64,000 bases of DNA from Candidatus Bathyarchaeota archaeon (lineage in GTDB: Archaea > Thermoproteota > Bathyarchaeia > Bathyarchaeales > Bathycorpusculaceae), in NCBI GenBank assembly GCA_963717465.1, contig OY970340.1, positions 2,400,001 through 2,464,000 of the forward strand, read 5' to 3'. A model generated the notes under the pieces. The model did not search any database, was not told the origin of the DNA, and saw only the letters and a program-made list of their open reading frames with translations. How positions within the stretch are numbered: position 1 is the first letter of the stretch; every line of letters starts with the position of its first letter. Of the stretch, positions 9,662 through 19,533 are shown in pieces. The position numbers and the translations under genes were made by a program.

Positions 9662-10051
9662 TTAATCCTTTTCTGGAGTAGCGTTTGTCTCGGCAACCCA
9701 GCGAGTTTTGCAGGATTCACAATAGAAATCTTCACTAACGTCAGCTGGAGTACTAACTAGTATGATGTGATCTGTTCCATCTATAGAAGCTGTTACGGGT
9801 TTATTCTCGGGGTTCCAACTATCGACAAACTTCTTTTTCTTCAATTCTCCACCGCAAGCAGGGCATAAAGGAACTTCCGGTAATGCCGCGTGTTTTTGAA
9901 TAGTATCAAGAAGGTCCTCAGTTAATTCATCGATGTCTTTCACGATTTTGTCGTATTTTTCTGTCGTCTTTCCAACAATCTTTTCCATATATTCTTCCAT
10001 GGGTATTTTTTGAGGATCTAATGCTTGTTTCAAATTCGATTTTTGAGACAT
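9662..10051 (-). CDS. Zn-ribbon protein (start reassigned to MSQKS)
   Basis: CPAC...CESC; GGAGGTGA SD at ~10060-10067 precedes ATG at 10051. Confidence 0.6.
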   Translation of the reverse strand: MSQKSNLKQALDPQKIPMEEYMEKIVGKTTEKYDKIVKDIDELTEDLLDTIQKHAALPEVPLCPACGGELKKKKFVDSWNPENKPVTASIDGTDHIILVSTPADVSEDFYCESCKTRWVAETNATPEKD

Positions 10052-10067
10052 TTTCTTGTTCACCTCC

Positions 10068-10358
10068 TTAAGCAGTTTCTTGCCTAAACATTGTCGCAGA
10101 AACGGCTTTTTGCATAACTTCATTGAAGCGCCGTTTAACAGCTGCTTTTGATATGCAATCATCGAAATCTTCAAGTTTTATGGATAACGGTTTTTCGCTG
10201 AAAGTTCTCTGTTTGACTTCCCATTCACCCGGATTATTTGAGACGCCGATTGTGAGAACTGCATACAGGTTAAAGATGTCGATCTGAGTGCCTATCCAGC
10301 CTTTCAAATCAAGGATATCATTGATTTGTTCTTTTGTGTATTTTGCCATGTTTACCAC
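10068..10358 (-). CDS. Hypothetical protein
   Basis: 96-aa ORF in the co-oriented cluster. Confidence 0.55.
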   Translation of the reverse strand: MVNMAKYTKEQINDILDLKGWIGTQIDIFNLYAVLTIGVSNNPGEWEVKQRTFSEKPLSIKLEDFDDCISKAAVKRRFNEVMQKAVSATMFRQETA

Positions 10359-10483
10359 TTAATTCTCTCCTTTGAGTTCATTCCCATTCATATTTTTGAG
10401 ATCAGGGTCGCAAAAGCGAGAGTAAGAACCGCCGGGGCAAATATTGCCAATGGCTTGGCAGTAATCTTTTTTAGGACACATTT

Positions 10484-10684
10484 TTACCACTCCAAGCTCA
10501 TTCGTTCTCGGCGTTCAGGGTTGCATTTGTGGCAATTGCTGCAGTCTATCCAACTGTTTGCTCGCTCACAGAAAACATCATTATTAAATCTTGAAACTCT
10601 TGAGCGATTGCCGCATTTGGGCAATTTATGAGATTTAACAAACGTTCCATAAGTGTTTTCTTGTTGAGTCATCATTTCAATCAC
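10484..10684 (-). CDS. Small Cys-rich protein
   Basis: C...C...CSNCHKC; first gene of the leftward operon. Confidence 0.5.
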   Translation of the reverse strand: MIEMMTQQENTYGTFVKSHKLPKCGNRSRVSRFNNDVFCERANSWIDCSNCHKCNPERRERMSLEW

Positions 10685-10685
10685 T

Positions 10686-10739
10686 AAGTTACTGTAATGG
10701 TAACCTATGCTTATTAAGGTTACGGTTATGGTAACCTAT
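10686..10739. promoter_or_regulatory. Two tandem palindromic operator-like sites
   Basis: AAGTTACTGTAATGGTAACCTAT (10686-10708) and AGGTTACGGTTATGGTAACCTAT (10717-10739); GTTAC-N7-GTAAC dyad between divergent genes. Confidence 0.65.
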
Positions 10740-10798
10740 TAACAGCAACCTTATATAATACTTAATATGATAGTAACCTGAAGGCTGAAACCAAAAGA

Positions 10799-10978
10799 AT
10801 GAGGCAATATATTCTATCCGAACAGGAAAAAAAAGTCATAATGGAATATTTGGAAACCGGAAAGAAACTTGAAGGCTTCAAAGTAATCCTACATAGAGCT
10901 AGAAACCTGCAAACAGTCACCAGTGATTTAGAATTAATTAAGCGGTTTCTATCTAAGGTTGAAGGTGCTAAGTCTTGA
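10799..10978 (+). CDS. Small helical protein (59 aa), possible regulator
   Basis: Manual translation MRQYILSEQEKKVIMEYLETGKKLEGFKVILHRARNL...; stop overlaps the next start. Confidence 0.6.
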   Translation: MRQYILSEQEKKVIMEYLETGKKLEGFKVILHRARNLQTVTSDLELIKRFLSKVEGAKS

Positions 10979-11454
10979 AAGTAAAAGTCGGAGATGTAAC
11001 CTTTTCTGATGCAATTGTGAAGAGATACATTGATCTCAGTGAGGGATTTCCTGCCCTTTTGATCCGAATTGATTACAAAAATGATAAAGCTGAAATGAAA
11101 GAACTCTCAAGGACTAACTCAACTGACTTAATTCCATTTGAATTTGATCAACTAAAGACCATGGTTTCAATTCAACCAACTCAGTTTGTAGATGGTGACC
11201 CAGAGAGACCTTATCTTATCCTTAGAGAGTTTTTCGCACCGTGCAATTATAAGTCAATCCAGTATGAGTCCCTGAGTGATTGTTTTTTAATACCTGAAGA
11301 TGTCAAAGGGTTTGATACTAACATAGATGAGGCCGATAAGAAGGATTTGCTGACACCTTCTTACCTAAGCATACTTCCATACTGGCGCTTAATTTTACGA
11401 GAAGGCATACCTGAAGAGTATTTTACTAAAGAAGACAAAAAAACAGAATCGTAA
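10975..11454 (+). CDS. Hypothetical protein
   Basis: 159-aa ORF coupled to the upstream ORF. Confidence 0.6.
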   Translation: MKVKVGDVTFSDAIVKRYIDLSEGFPALLIRIDYKNDKAEMKELSRTNSTDLIPFEFDQLKTMVSIQPTQFVDGDPERPYLILREFFAPCNYKSIQYESLSDCFLIPEDVKGFDTNIDEADKKDLLTPSYLSILPYWRLILREGIPEEYFTKEDKKTES

Positions 11455-11589
11455 ATTTTAACAGTTTTGTTCTCATGTGATAACAGAAAAAAATCATCGC
11501 CTGGATCATCGCTCTTTGAGTGCTGAAGAGCTCACCACATCGGGGAGGGAAAAAGGAGGAGAACCCAAAAACCTCCCTGGAGCACAAAG

Positions 11590-12129
11590 TTAGAAGGACC
11601 TGCTCGCGTAGACGATTGACATAAAGTTGCAACTGGGGCAGTAAACTTTGAACTTGTGATAGTCGTATCCGATGAATTTTTGGTACTCTTCAAGGGTTTT
11701 AGCATTGATGAGATAGTCCAAGTTTGGCTCGCTTGTTAGGGTTCGTATGTTTCTGAGGTTCTTGGTGAATGTGTTTTTGCATTGTGGGCAGTCTATTGTT
11801 ACGGCGTCCCCGCTGAATAATTTGAGATTAGTGCCTTGGAAGGTTATTTTGGCAGCCGCTAATTTTTCAGTATAGCTAATGTCTGTGACTTGGTTTTGAA
11901 GGCTCTCGTTTTCTTTAATGAGTTGGTCGATTCTTGTTCTATTTTCAGTAACAACTTTGTCGATCTTGGCCTTTTCTGCTGCATAGTCAAAGCCTAATTT
12001 CTCTTTTAGAAAATTAAGGACTACGTTGTCAAAGTTTATGTTAATAGTGAGTAGATAGCTTTGGTCTCTCATTTTCTGAATCTCTTGGTTATTGCCGGCT
12101 ATTCTCGTTTCTATGTCTCTAAAACTCAA
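11590..12129 (-). CDS. Coiled-coil protein with C-terminal Zn ribbon
   Basis: CPQC...CPSC; GGAGGTGA SD upstream. Confidence 0.7.
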   Translation of the reverse strand: MSFRDIETRIAGNNQEIQKMRDQSYLLTININFDNVVLNFLKEKLGFDYAAEKAKIDKVVTENRTRIDQLIKENESLQNQVTDISYTEKLAAAKITFQGTNLKLFSGDAVTIDCPQCKNTFTKNLRNIRTLTSEPNLDYLINAKTLEEYQKFIGYDYHKFKVYCPSCNFMSIVYASRSF

Positions 12130-12163
12130 ATGATATCACCTCCTGTAACGCTACGGTTATTAT

Positions 12164-12237
12164 AAAAAACACTGAAAATCTCGGAAAACCCACGAATAAC
12201 ATGGAAAATCAAGGAAAAACCGAAAAAAAAGGGAAAA
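12164..12237. repeat. Phased GAAAA tracts with 10-bp period
   Basis: GAAAA/GAATA starting at 12174, 12184, 12194, 12204, 12214. Confidence 0.6.
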
Positions 12238-12299
12238 GTTACGAGTGATGAATAAAACATGCCAAAAGTGGCGACAAATACCTCACCTCGGCCACTTTT
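12223..12299. repeat. ~75-bp degenerate repeat with hairpin, copy 1
   Basis: Aligns with 13896-13971; exact 18-mer CTCACCTCGGCCACTTTT. Confidence 0.7.
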
Positions 12300-12853
12300 T
12301 CGTGCGTTGTCGTGATTTATCGACGCTTTATTTGAGGGATGTTGGTTTCCTATGATTGTGTCAGGGTTCTCCTTTATTTCCGTTTCCTCATTAATTGAAC
12401 GCCATTAATGACCATGAAAGGCTTAAAACCAACTTCCCTTAAAGCAACCGCTTCTTCAATTTAACTAACAGATTTAATTGTGAGTTTATTGTAAGATAAA
12501 TTCTTGAATAAAGTTTTTCTCAAGCTGAAAACACAACCGAGTTGTATCGATGTCTAATTCCGAGAAATCGGCACTTGAAACATAATAAGAGTGACTAAAA
12601 TGACTGGATCCTCAAGAAAGCAATGATTAGTCTATCGAGGTAGTTGTGGATAAGCAACCACAAATCTTTATCTTATGTGAAGAACAAAATTTATAATTGC
12701 TCAGTTAAAAGAAAAAGTGTTTTTTGTTTTTGTTAGCGGCTGATTTGAGTTGAATGTCGTTATAAATACTGGCTTTTGCAACTCGATCGAAGAGTAATGA
12801 GATTTGAGTCTTTTTTTGAATTTGTGCTTAGTTGCGCAAAGGAAAGGTAGAAG

Positions 12854-13303
12854 ATGGAAAGAAAAAGCCTGGTTTTGATTTTAAAGAACGAGTATATAGT
12901 TGTAACTTTAATTATTTTGTTAGCTTTACTTTCTTGCTTTTTCGTTATTACTTCAGGTTTAGTTTTAATTGGATTATTGCAGCTATTCGATTGTTTAGGT
13001 GTCAGCCTTGTTGTTTTGAACATTTTGGATTTGGCGACTACCCAAATTGCCTTATCAAAAGACGGCATAGAAAAAAATCCAATACATAAGAGCCTGAATA
13101 AAACAAGAAATGTCTTAACCCTAAAATACATATTAATCAAAATTGGTTTACCCATCTTTCTAATATTACTATTAAATTGTGCGTATTCTTATGATCCTTT
13201 TGAAATAACACTACTCCTTGATCTAGACTTGGCTTTAATTGCCGTGAACGCACTCTATTGTTACGCTTTTTATAACAATTGCTGCGCCATAAAGGAGTAT
13301 TAA
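12854..13303 (+). CDS. DUF5658-like membrane protein
   Basis: LDLATTQIALSKDGIEKNP motif; several TM helices. Confidence 0.65.
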   Translation: MERKSLVLILKNEYIVVTLIILLALLSCFFVITSGLVLIGLLQLFDCLGVSLVVLNILDLATTQIALSKDGIEKNPIHKSLNKTRNVLTLKYILIKIGLPIFLILLLNCAYSYDPFEITLLLDLDLALIAVNALYCYAFYNNCCAIKEY

Positions 13304-13895
13304 AAATGCAAAAAAAGATTTACACGTTGATTCATATAATTAAATTCAGCGCTCATCGCTTAGAGGTGGAGTTACTTGGCCTATGAAACTTTAGTTTTCT
13401 CTTCCTCACAAAGGCTGCAAGCGTGTGCTTTACTTAATTGTTTTATTCTCAGCATGCCTCTTTTCTTGCTGGCGTATTTATGTAGTGCAGATGCTGGGTC
13501 AGTATTACCAACACATATGGTTTATTAATACTTAAGCCTTCCTCGTAAACGCAAATAGGTGTGACAATGCAAATACAAACGAGTCAATATGAAGTTAATC
13601 CAAAACAAAAAATTCTTGTAGACAACATTATCACTTTTGAAAAGGACATAGAACTTCAATTGAACAAACAGGAAATATGCACCCAAGGTTTTAGACTTTC
13701 AAAAGGAAAGCTAATACCCGGCGTACCCCGCAGAAAGTCAGAAGATTGCCTAAAGTTTTGTGCACTCGACCATTGCGATGGTCTATAAATAACGTACTCC
13801 AAATAAACAAACTATTTGACCATAGTAACAAATGGCAATAACCTCAGGAAACTTACTACTTCTTTCCCTAAGGATTGGTTGCCCGATAAGGATTA

Positions 13896-13971
13896 AAAAG
13901 GGGAAAAAGTCACAAAGGACGGTTTTAACGTGCCAAAAGGTGGAATTAGCTAACTCACCTCGGCCACTTTT
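13896..13971. repeat. ~75-bp degenerate repeat with hairpin, copy 2
   Basis: Aligns with 12223-12299. Confidence 0.7.
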
Positions 13972-14820
13972 CCATGAAAAGTCTTGATTTGGATACACAT
14001 TAGAAATATCATCGCCATTATTTCCTTTCACTGAATATTTTTTCACCATCCATGCATCTTCCTGTTTCACATTCAAAATTCGCTTCAACAAGCCGATAAG
14101 AATAGAGATGATACTGCCTAAGCGAAAAAAGTCTAATAAATCACTTTGAGAGCACTGCATGATATACTTTGAGATTTACTAATTAGCGAAATAGCCTTTG
14201 CAACAAAGCTTTTTAGCTCCAACTGAGGGTACGATTGAGGGGTAGAGATTACGGTTAAGGGATGGCTAAAAGTCTTATTGCTTCCTTTAATTTGCATTAT
14301 CTGGGTATCTGGATGGATGCTTTATATTGTAGGACAACCACGAGCGCCTAATACTGAGTAAAATCCAAACTTCAAGCGAGCTCCATTAAATTCTTAATAG
14401 CTTCATAAAGAATTTCTTAAATACTAAGACTTTTTGGTCGCGATGAAGATGTTGACAGCATATCTCGATTAAATCACCTTTTTTAATATTGCATTGTTTA
14501 CATATTTTATGGAAGATTGCTGCCTCGAATTTAGCCGACTTGAACGACTCAACCTTAACACCTACGTCATATTCTGATCAATGAGCTCTACAAAAAAGGA
14601 AAAGGTTCCAAGAGAGTTGAGAATCTACAAAAAAAGCTTAGCCACCTCACCTAAGCCTCATTATGATGGACGTCAACGGCCTTTCCGCTATTTACCTTGA
14701 ATCAAAAACGGTGTTATTCCCGCAGCAAACGTGCACGTGCGCGTGTTTGTTTTGAATCAAAAAAGCGCTCCCTTAAATATTTAATCAGTTAAAAATTAAC
14801 TAAGGAAGAATTGATGTTTT

Positions 14821-15153
14821 ATGGGATCAGGTTATGTTAAAGCTGCCACGGCATCAGAAATTCCAGTTGGAAAAACAAAAATAGTAAAATTAGGTGACAA
14901 AGAATTGTTGATAGCCAATGTTAGCGGAAAATATTACGCCATTGATGGTAGATGCACTCATGCTGGCACGTATCTATCCCACTGTGCTTTAGATGGTAAC
15001 GTTGTTGAATGCCCGAAACACTATGCAAAATTTGATGTCACAACTGGCAAGGTAGTTTCTCCTCCACAAATAGCCTTTTCTCCTCCTAAAATAAAAAACG
15101 TAAAATCTTACGAGATTAAGGTTGAAAATGAGGATATTATGGTCAGACTTTAA
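14821..15153 (+). CDS. Rieske-type [2Fe-2S] ferredoxin
   Basis: CTH...CPKH Rieske motifs. Confidence 0.95.
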   Translation: MGSGYVKAATASEIPVGKTKIVKLGDKELLIANVSGKYYAIDGRCTHAGTYLSHCALDGNVVECPKHYAKFDVTTGKVVSPPQIAFSPPKIKNVKSYEIKVENEDIMVRL

Positions 15154-15810
15154 AAAGACCATGCGCAGATACGTTGATATATCTTACGACAAGCGAGCGT
15201 TAGCAACTAAGTGAAGCCTCAACATTTTTCCTTTTATTAAGAAAATTGTGTGAAAGCCAGTAAATATGAGTCAGTAGTTGTTTTTAGAAAAAGGCTTTTG
15301 ACGCAACAAAACGAAAGCATTATTCGATGATTTCCTTTATTTTGTGGCGAAATTTGAAAAGAGCTTACAATCTAACCTTAAATATTCATCAGACCGTAAT
15401 CTGTAACATTGTGCTAAAAAAAACATTAAAAAGGAGAGTAAAAATTGAGAACAGGAATACTGCACATAGCAGGTTTGCTCCCCCCTATTGCTACAAGGAA
15501 CAAACTTTAGGGCAATCCATGAAGCTACAATGTTTCCATAGAAAAAGTTGGGGTTGGCGGCGTTACTAATAAGCTTCAAAAAGTCTACAAGGATTCGGGC
15601 TGCACCATCGCTGATGAGAAGAAAAGAGTTGTGAAATACCTGAAAACGTCGCAAAGGAAGGCATAAACGCAATATCTCGTAAGTTCGTTTTGCAGGTTAT
15701 ATTTTTTTACATTTGTCAAAAAGAAGATTAGTAATGGCCAAAAAAAATGGCGGTTAGAATTTAGCTCTGATGTAGACTTGAAATACTCCTTGAAGAATCT
15801 GTTGATTAAA

Positions 15811-17352
15811 TTATGATTCAATCCCTAGAGACTTGTTAAACTCAATTGAAGCCTGAATTTGCTGTTTAAGGTCGTCTAATTTTGTCTTGTATTTTTCTAT
15901 AAGAGCATGAAACTCTGTTTCAGCTTTATTTGCAGTGTTACAAATATTTTGAGATTCTGCGATAATGCTAAGGTTGGCTTTTCCTATTTTTTCAAGAGAT
16001 TCCTGAATTTCTTCGGCTTTTTTGTCTGCATTGGCTCCTTTATTTTGCATGTCAGCTGATATTTTCGATACTCCCTTGACGTCTGTAACAACGTCCTCGG
16101 TTAGTTTTTCAACATTTTTTGCGATAGTAGCAACTTGCTTGGCGATTTTTTCTAGTTCTTGTGAGGCGGCAGTTTGCTCTTCTACTGTGGCAGAGACTTC
16201 TTCAGAAGCGGAAGAACTCTCCTCAGCAATACTAGCCACTTCATTAATTGTCTTGACAACATTGCTTAATGAGTTGAGACCTCGATCAACACCCAGGGTC
16301 AAATTGTTAACTTTACTTGTCATTGTCTCCATTATTTTGGCAATGCCTTCAGCTTCCTTAATTGCGCCTAGAACCACGTTTGTTCCTTCTGCTGCGTTTG
16401 CTTGTGATTGCGTTGCAATAGTGTTTGTTTTGGTTCCTGCGTCTTTTATTCCTTTTACTAGAGTAATTGCTGAGCCGGCGGCCACTTTTGATTGGCCTGC
16501 TAAGCCTTTAACGGCGTCAGCGACAACTGCGAATCCTCTTCCTGCCTCGCCTGCTCTTGCGGCCTCGATTGCAGCGTTCAGGGCTAGCATGTTTGTTTGG
16601 CTAGCTATTTCTGAGACTGAATTTGTTATTTGCCCTACCTGCTCTACGGAATTGACCATTGACACGACGGCGTCAGAAACCTTTGTAATGTTTGTTTTAA
16701 TATCCTCAATTGCATGTAACCCCTGTTGTCCTTTTTCGTTGGCGTGTTTAGATTTGTTTAGAGCCTCTTCTGTTACGGCGGATGCTTCCTTTGCTATGTT
16801 GCCTGCTTCGTCCATGACTTTCTTTAGGGATTCTGTGCTTTTTGCTGCTTCTTGTGAGAGTTCAGCTAACTTTTGCGATCCAGTGGAAACCTGTTGGGAC
16901 GCGGTGCTAACCTGCTGCATGCCCGAAGACATCATTTTAGACGTATTTTCTACTTGTCTACTCACTTCCCCAACAGTGAGGCCGGCTTTGGCAACTTCAC
17001 CTGCACTTGACAAAACTTTTTCCGCATAGTTGCCCGCTTCCTTTGCAGAAGTTGCGAATTCGGTAATCATGCTCGAAGCCTGAAATGCTAGTTCACTGTT
17101 GTTAGCAGCCATCACACCAAAATTCTCAACCAACTCATTGATGGTTTTACTTGAACTATTAATGTAATCAGTGTTTTTGACGGATTCTTCAGCAACTTTA
17201 ATCACTTCATCAAGTTCTTCTGCATGAGATTTCATTAACCCGACAATTGCGGAGTGAAGATCATTATTCTCCTGTCGAAATTCTTCTAATTGTCTTTCAA
17301 GTTCTGAAATTCTCTTTTCCAAAGACTCAAGGGCCATAGTAACCAAATCCAA
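15811..17352 (-). CDS. Soluble methyl-accepting chemotaxis protein (MCP-1)
   Basis: [27 protein letters not shown] hairpin tip; no TM segment. Confidence 0.95.
   Translation of the reverse strand: MDLVTMALESLEKRISELERQLEEFRQENNDLHSAIVGLMKSHAEELDEVIKVAEESVKNTDYINSSSKTINELVENFGVMAANNSELAFQASSMITEFATSAKEAGNYAEKVLSSAGEVAKAGLTVGEVSRQVENTSKMMSSGMQQVSTASQQVSTGSQKLAELSQEAAKSTESLKKVMDEAGNIAKEASAVTEEALNKSKHANEKGQQGLHAIEDIKTNITKVSDAVVSMVNSVEQVGQITNSVSEIASQTNMLALNAAIEAARAGEAGRGFAVVADAVKGLAGQSKVAAGSAITLVKGIKDAGTKTNTIATQSQANAAEGTNVVLGAIKEAEGIAKIMETMTSKVNNLTLGVDRGLNSLSNVVKTINEVASIAEESSSASEEVSATVEEQTAASQELEKIAKQVATIAKNVEKLTEDVVTDVKGVSKISADMQNKGANADKKAEEIQESLEKIGKANLSIIAESQNICNTANKAETEFHALIEKYKTKLDDLKQQIQASIEFNKSLGIES
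16313..16875 (-). repeat. 563-bp repeat, inverted copy of 23378-23940
   Basis: Reverse complement matched base for base in the stretches compared by eye; the encoded peptide is identical throughout. Confidence 0.9.
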
Positions 17353-18239
17353 CTAATTTGCATTTAGCACTTATCTACCTCACTTATTTAGTAATATCTA
17401 GCTTGCGATTTAACAATATGTACAGTAAATACAGATTTGCCCACGAATAGTTACGTATGCATAACAATGGTTTCTAGTAACGACTTATACAGAGTTAAAA
17501 GGCGAGTTTCCAGGTCTACCCCCCCCAGCAAAATAGTTCGAACACCAATCATTTACTTACAATCTTTTTTTCACGGCTTTTTGGAACACATTTTGTTAAG
17601 GGCATTAACAGCATTTTCCACTTTTTAAAGACAAGAATAAACAAAAAAAGATAGATCGCTATAAGCACATGCTAAGAAACGTCATGAACAAATTTTTCAA
17701 TTAGAAGTCGGAAGCTCCAGATTATGACGCAGCGTATTGTTAAGGCAGGCAATCTTAAATTGCAGCAGGGTTATTTCCTCGTTGCATCCTCAATTTTTAA
17801 GGATTGATGGTTTTACGGATTGAAATAGGCAACCCATGTTTCGCAACGAGAACGGCTTTGGTGACAAATTATCTGTGCGAAACAGATAGCTACGAGTTTC
17901 ATTTTTCGTACAAGGAATATATCCCCCAAAACCATTCTCTTTGCAAACTTGGTCAATTTTAAATTCATAAAACCATAAATCCTTGCCAAAAAAGAGGATA
18001 TAACGAGGAAATAACCCCCTGTCCAAATCTAAAATAGCCGACATATGAGTAATTAAAAGTAACATTCGACTTTCTGCTATTATTTTTGCCTCAGGGTGTT
18101 CTTATAATATTGTATTTTGCTATGTTTTTGAGCTACACACTGCTTATATCCACGCATATATTATATCTTAATATATACTAATCAAGACAGCTCACCGGCA
18201 AGAAAGCAATCAAAGAATCAAAAGAGTTGAAAATCAACA

Positions 18240-18656
18240 TTGCATCTAATGACCAAGATCATAATCACCCTTTTCATCCTGGTGATATGCTTTCACTTAG
18301 TTGCAGCCTACATAACGTACATCACAATAAGTTCAGGCAACTACGTTGAAGGCAACCCTACAGCTGCGGAACTTCAAATCAGTTATGGATTAACCAACGG
18401 ATTAATAGTAACCCTGATTCAAGGTTCAGCACTCTCCATAATTCCGCTATTAACTTATTTAGTTCCGGCAAAGTTTGCTCAATCACATTTCGTGCAACCA
18501 TTCGAAAAGGAAAGGACGATGAACATTGTAAAATTTTTCTCGTTCCCATTAGCCTTATCCATCTTGATTTTTCTGGTGTTGATAGCTGGAGTAGACGTTG
18601 CGCATGACTTAGCGATTTTTCTAAGCAATGGACAAATAAACTTGTGGGCCTTCTGA
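18240..18656 (+). CDS. DUF5658-like membrane protein
   Basis: AYITYITISSGNYVEGNP motif; TM helices. Confidence 0.55.
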   Translation: MHLMTKIIITLFILVICFHLVAAYITYITISSGNYVEGNPTAAELQISYGLTNGLIVTLIQGSALSIIPLLTYLVPAKFAQSHFVQPFEKERTMNIVKFFSFPLALSILIFLVLIAGVDVAHDLAIFLSNGQINLWAF

Positions 18657-18783
18657 AAAGTTGCTTTGCCAAGCGTGCGAAACGTTAGTTCCAAGTATTG
18701 CACAAGATAAGCTTATAAATTACAAGAAATGATAAAGGAAGCACTGGGATAATTGTACCACATCCTACCGGTAGGTAATTAAA

Positions 18784-19230
18784 ATGAAACTATGGGCATC
18801 ACTGTACCTGTTGATTTGGATCTTAGTCTTAGAGTTTCTCCTAGTTATGGTTGTTCCCGGTGTGATAGTTTTAATTTATTTGCATGCCATTCTAGGCATT
18901 GCCATTATAGCCATTACTTACTATAACTTTACAAAGGTTAAGAACACCAGCATTGCTGGGCGTGTCAAGCGTACTGCACAAGCGTGCTTCTATTTCTCAA
19001 TAGCGATGCTTATCCTGGGAGTTCTACTTGCATTTAATTTAGGTGGCGCAACAATCATTCCTCCTTTAATTTTCACTATCGTGCTATTCTTCCACGTATT
19101 CTTTGCACTTGCAATGATTACTCAGTCAGCTGCAATCGCAATTGCATACGACATGTGGGAAGAAAACGAATTCAAAGAACAGACACAGCCTGGATCAGTG
19201 CCGCCTGCACCCAAGCCAACCAAGCAATAG
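18784..19230 (+). CDS. Multi-pass membrane protein
   Basis: Four hydrophobic helices, two containing His. Confidence 0.75.
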   Translation: MKLWASLYLLIWILVLEFLLVMVVPGVIVLIYLHAILGIAIIAITYYNFTKVKNTSIAGRVKRTAQACFYFSIAMLILGVLLAFNLGGATIIPPLIFTIVLFFHVFFALAMITQSAAIAIAYDMWEENEFKEQTQPGSVPPAPKPTKQ

Positions 19231-19533
19231 AAGAGCAAGTCTCTGAAAGAATGCATAAAAGGAACTTAACTTAGCACGTGCTTTCTGAGATAAAGGAAAT
19301 TAGGTCAACGTAAGAAAAACCAAAATTATTATTTTTCGCTTTGATTTGAAATTTTAGTTTTTGCTTATTGATTTTTAAAAATAGTGAATTGCCAAAAGAG
19401 ACTCCCGAAAGGTTTTTTTTGAGAGACGAGGATTAGTATGTAGCTTGTTCTGTTTCGCGTAAAATGGGGTGCCGTTGGCATCAAGAGCAAAATCAGCAGT
19501 TTAGGTTACGTTAACAAGATACAAGAAAATATC

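Larger units (their letters stand above)
1..12300. mobile_element. Integrated virus/satellite-like element, right part (left end outside window; right boundary uncertain, 12.3-14.6 kb)
   Basis: SF3 helicase, tail-hub-like protein, gpF-like Cys/His motif protein, RHH and wHTH regulators, dense co-oriented small ORFs with no housekeeping genes. Confidence 0.8.

Noticed and set aside
1..12300. Diversity-generating retroelement targeting the tail-like gene
   Set aside because: No reverse transcriptase and no TR/VR pair with adenine-specific mismatches was seen.
13544..13558. RKRK-stop as the tail of a decayed integrase marking the element end
   Set aside because: Only four codons, with no catalytic motifs upstream.
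13300..18100. Short ORFs at 13561, 13783, 15327, 15337, 15585, 17437 and 17790
   Set aside because: No recognisable motifs; probably spurious or decayed fragments.
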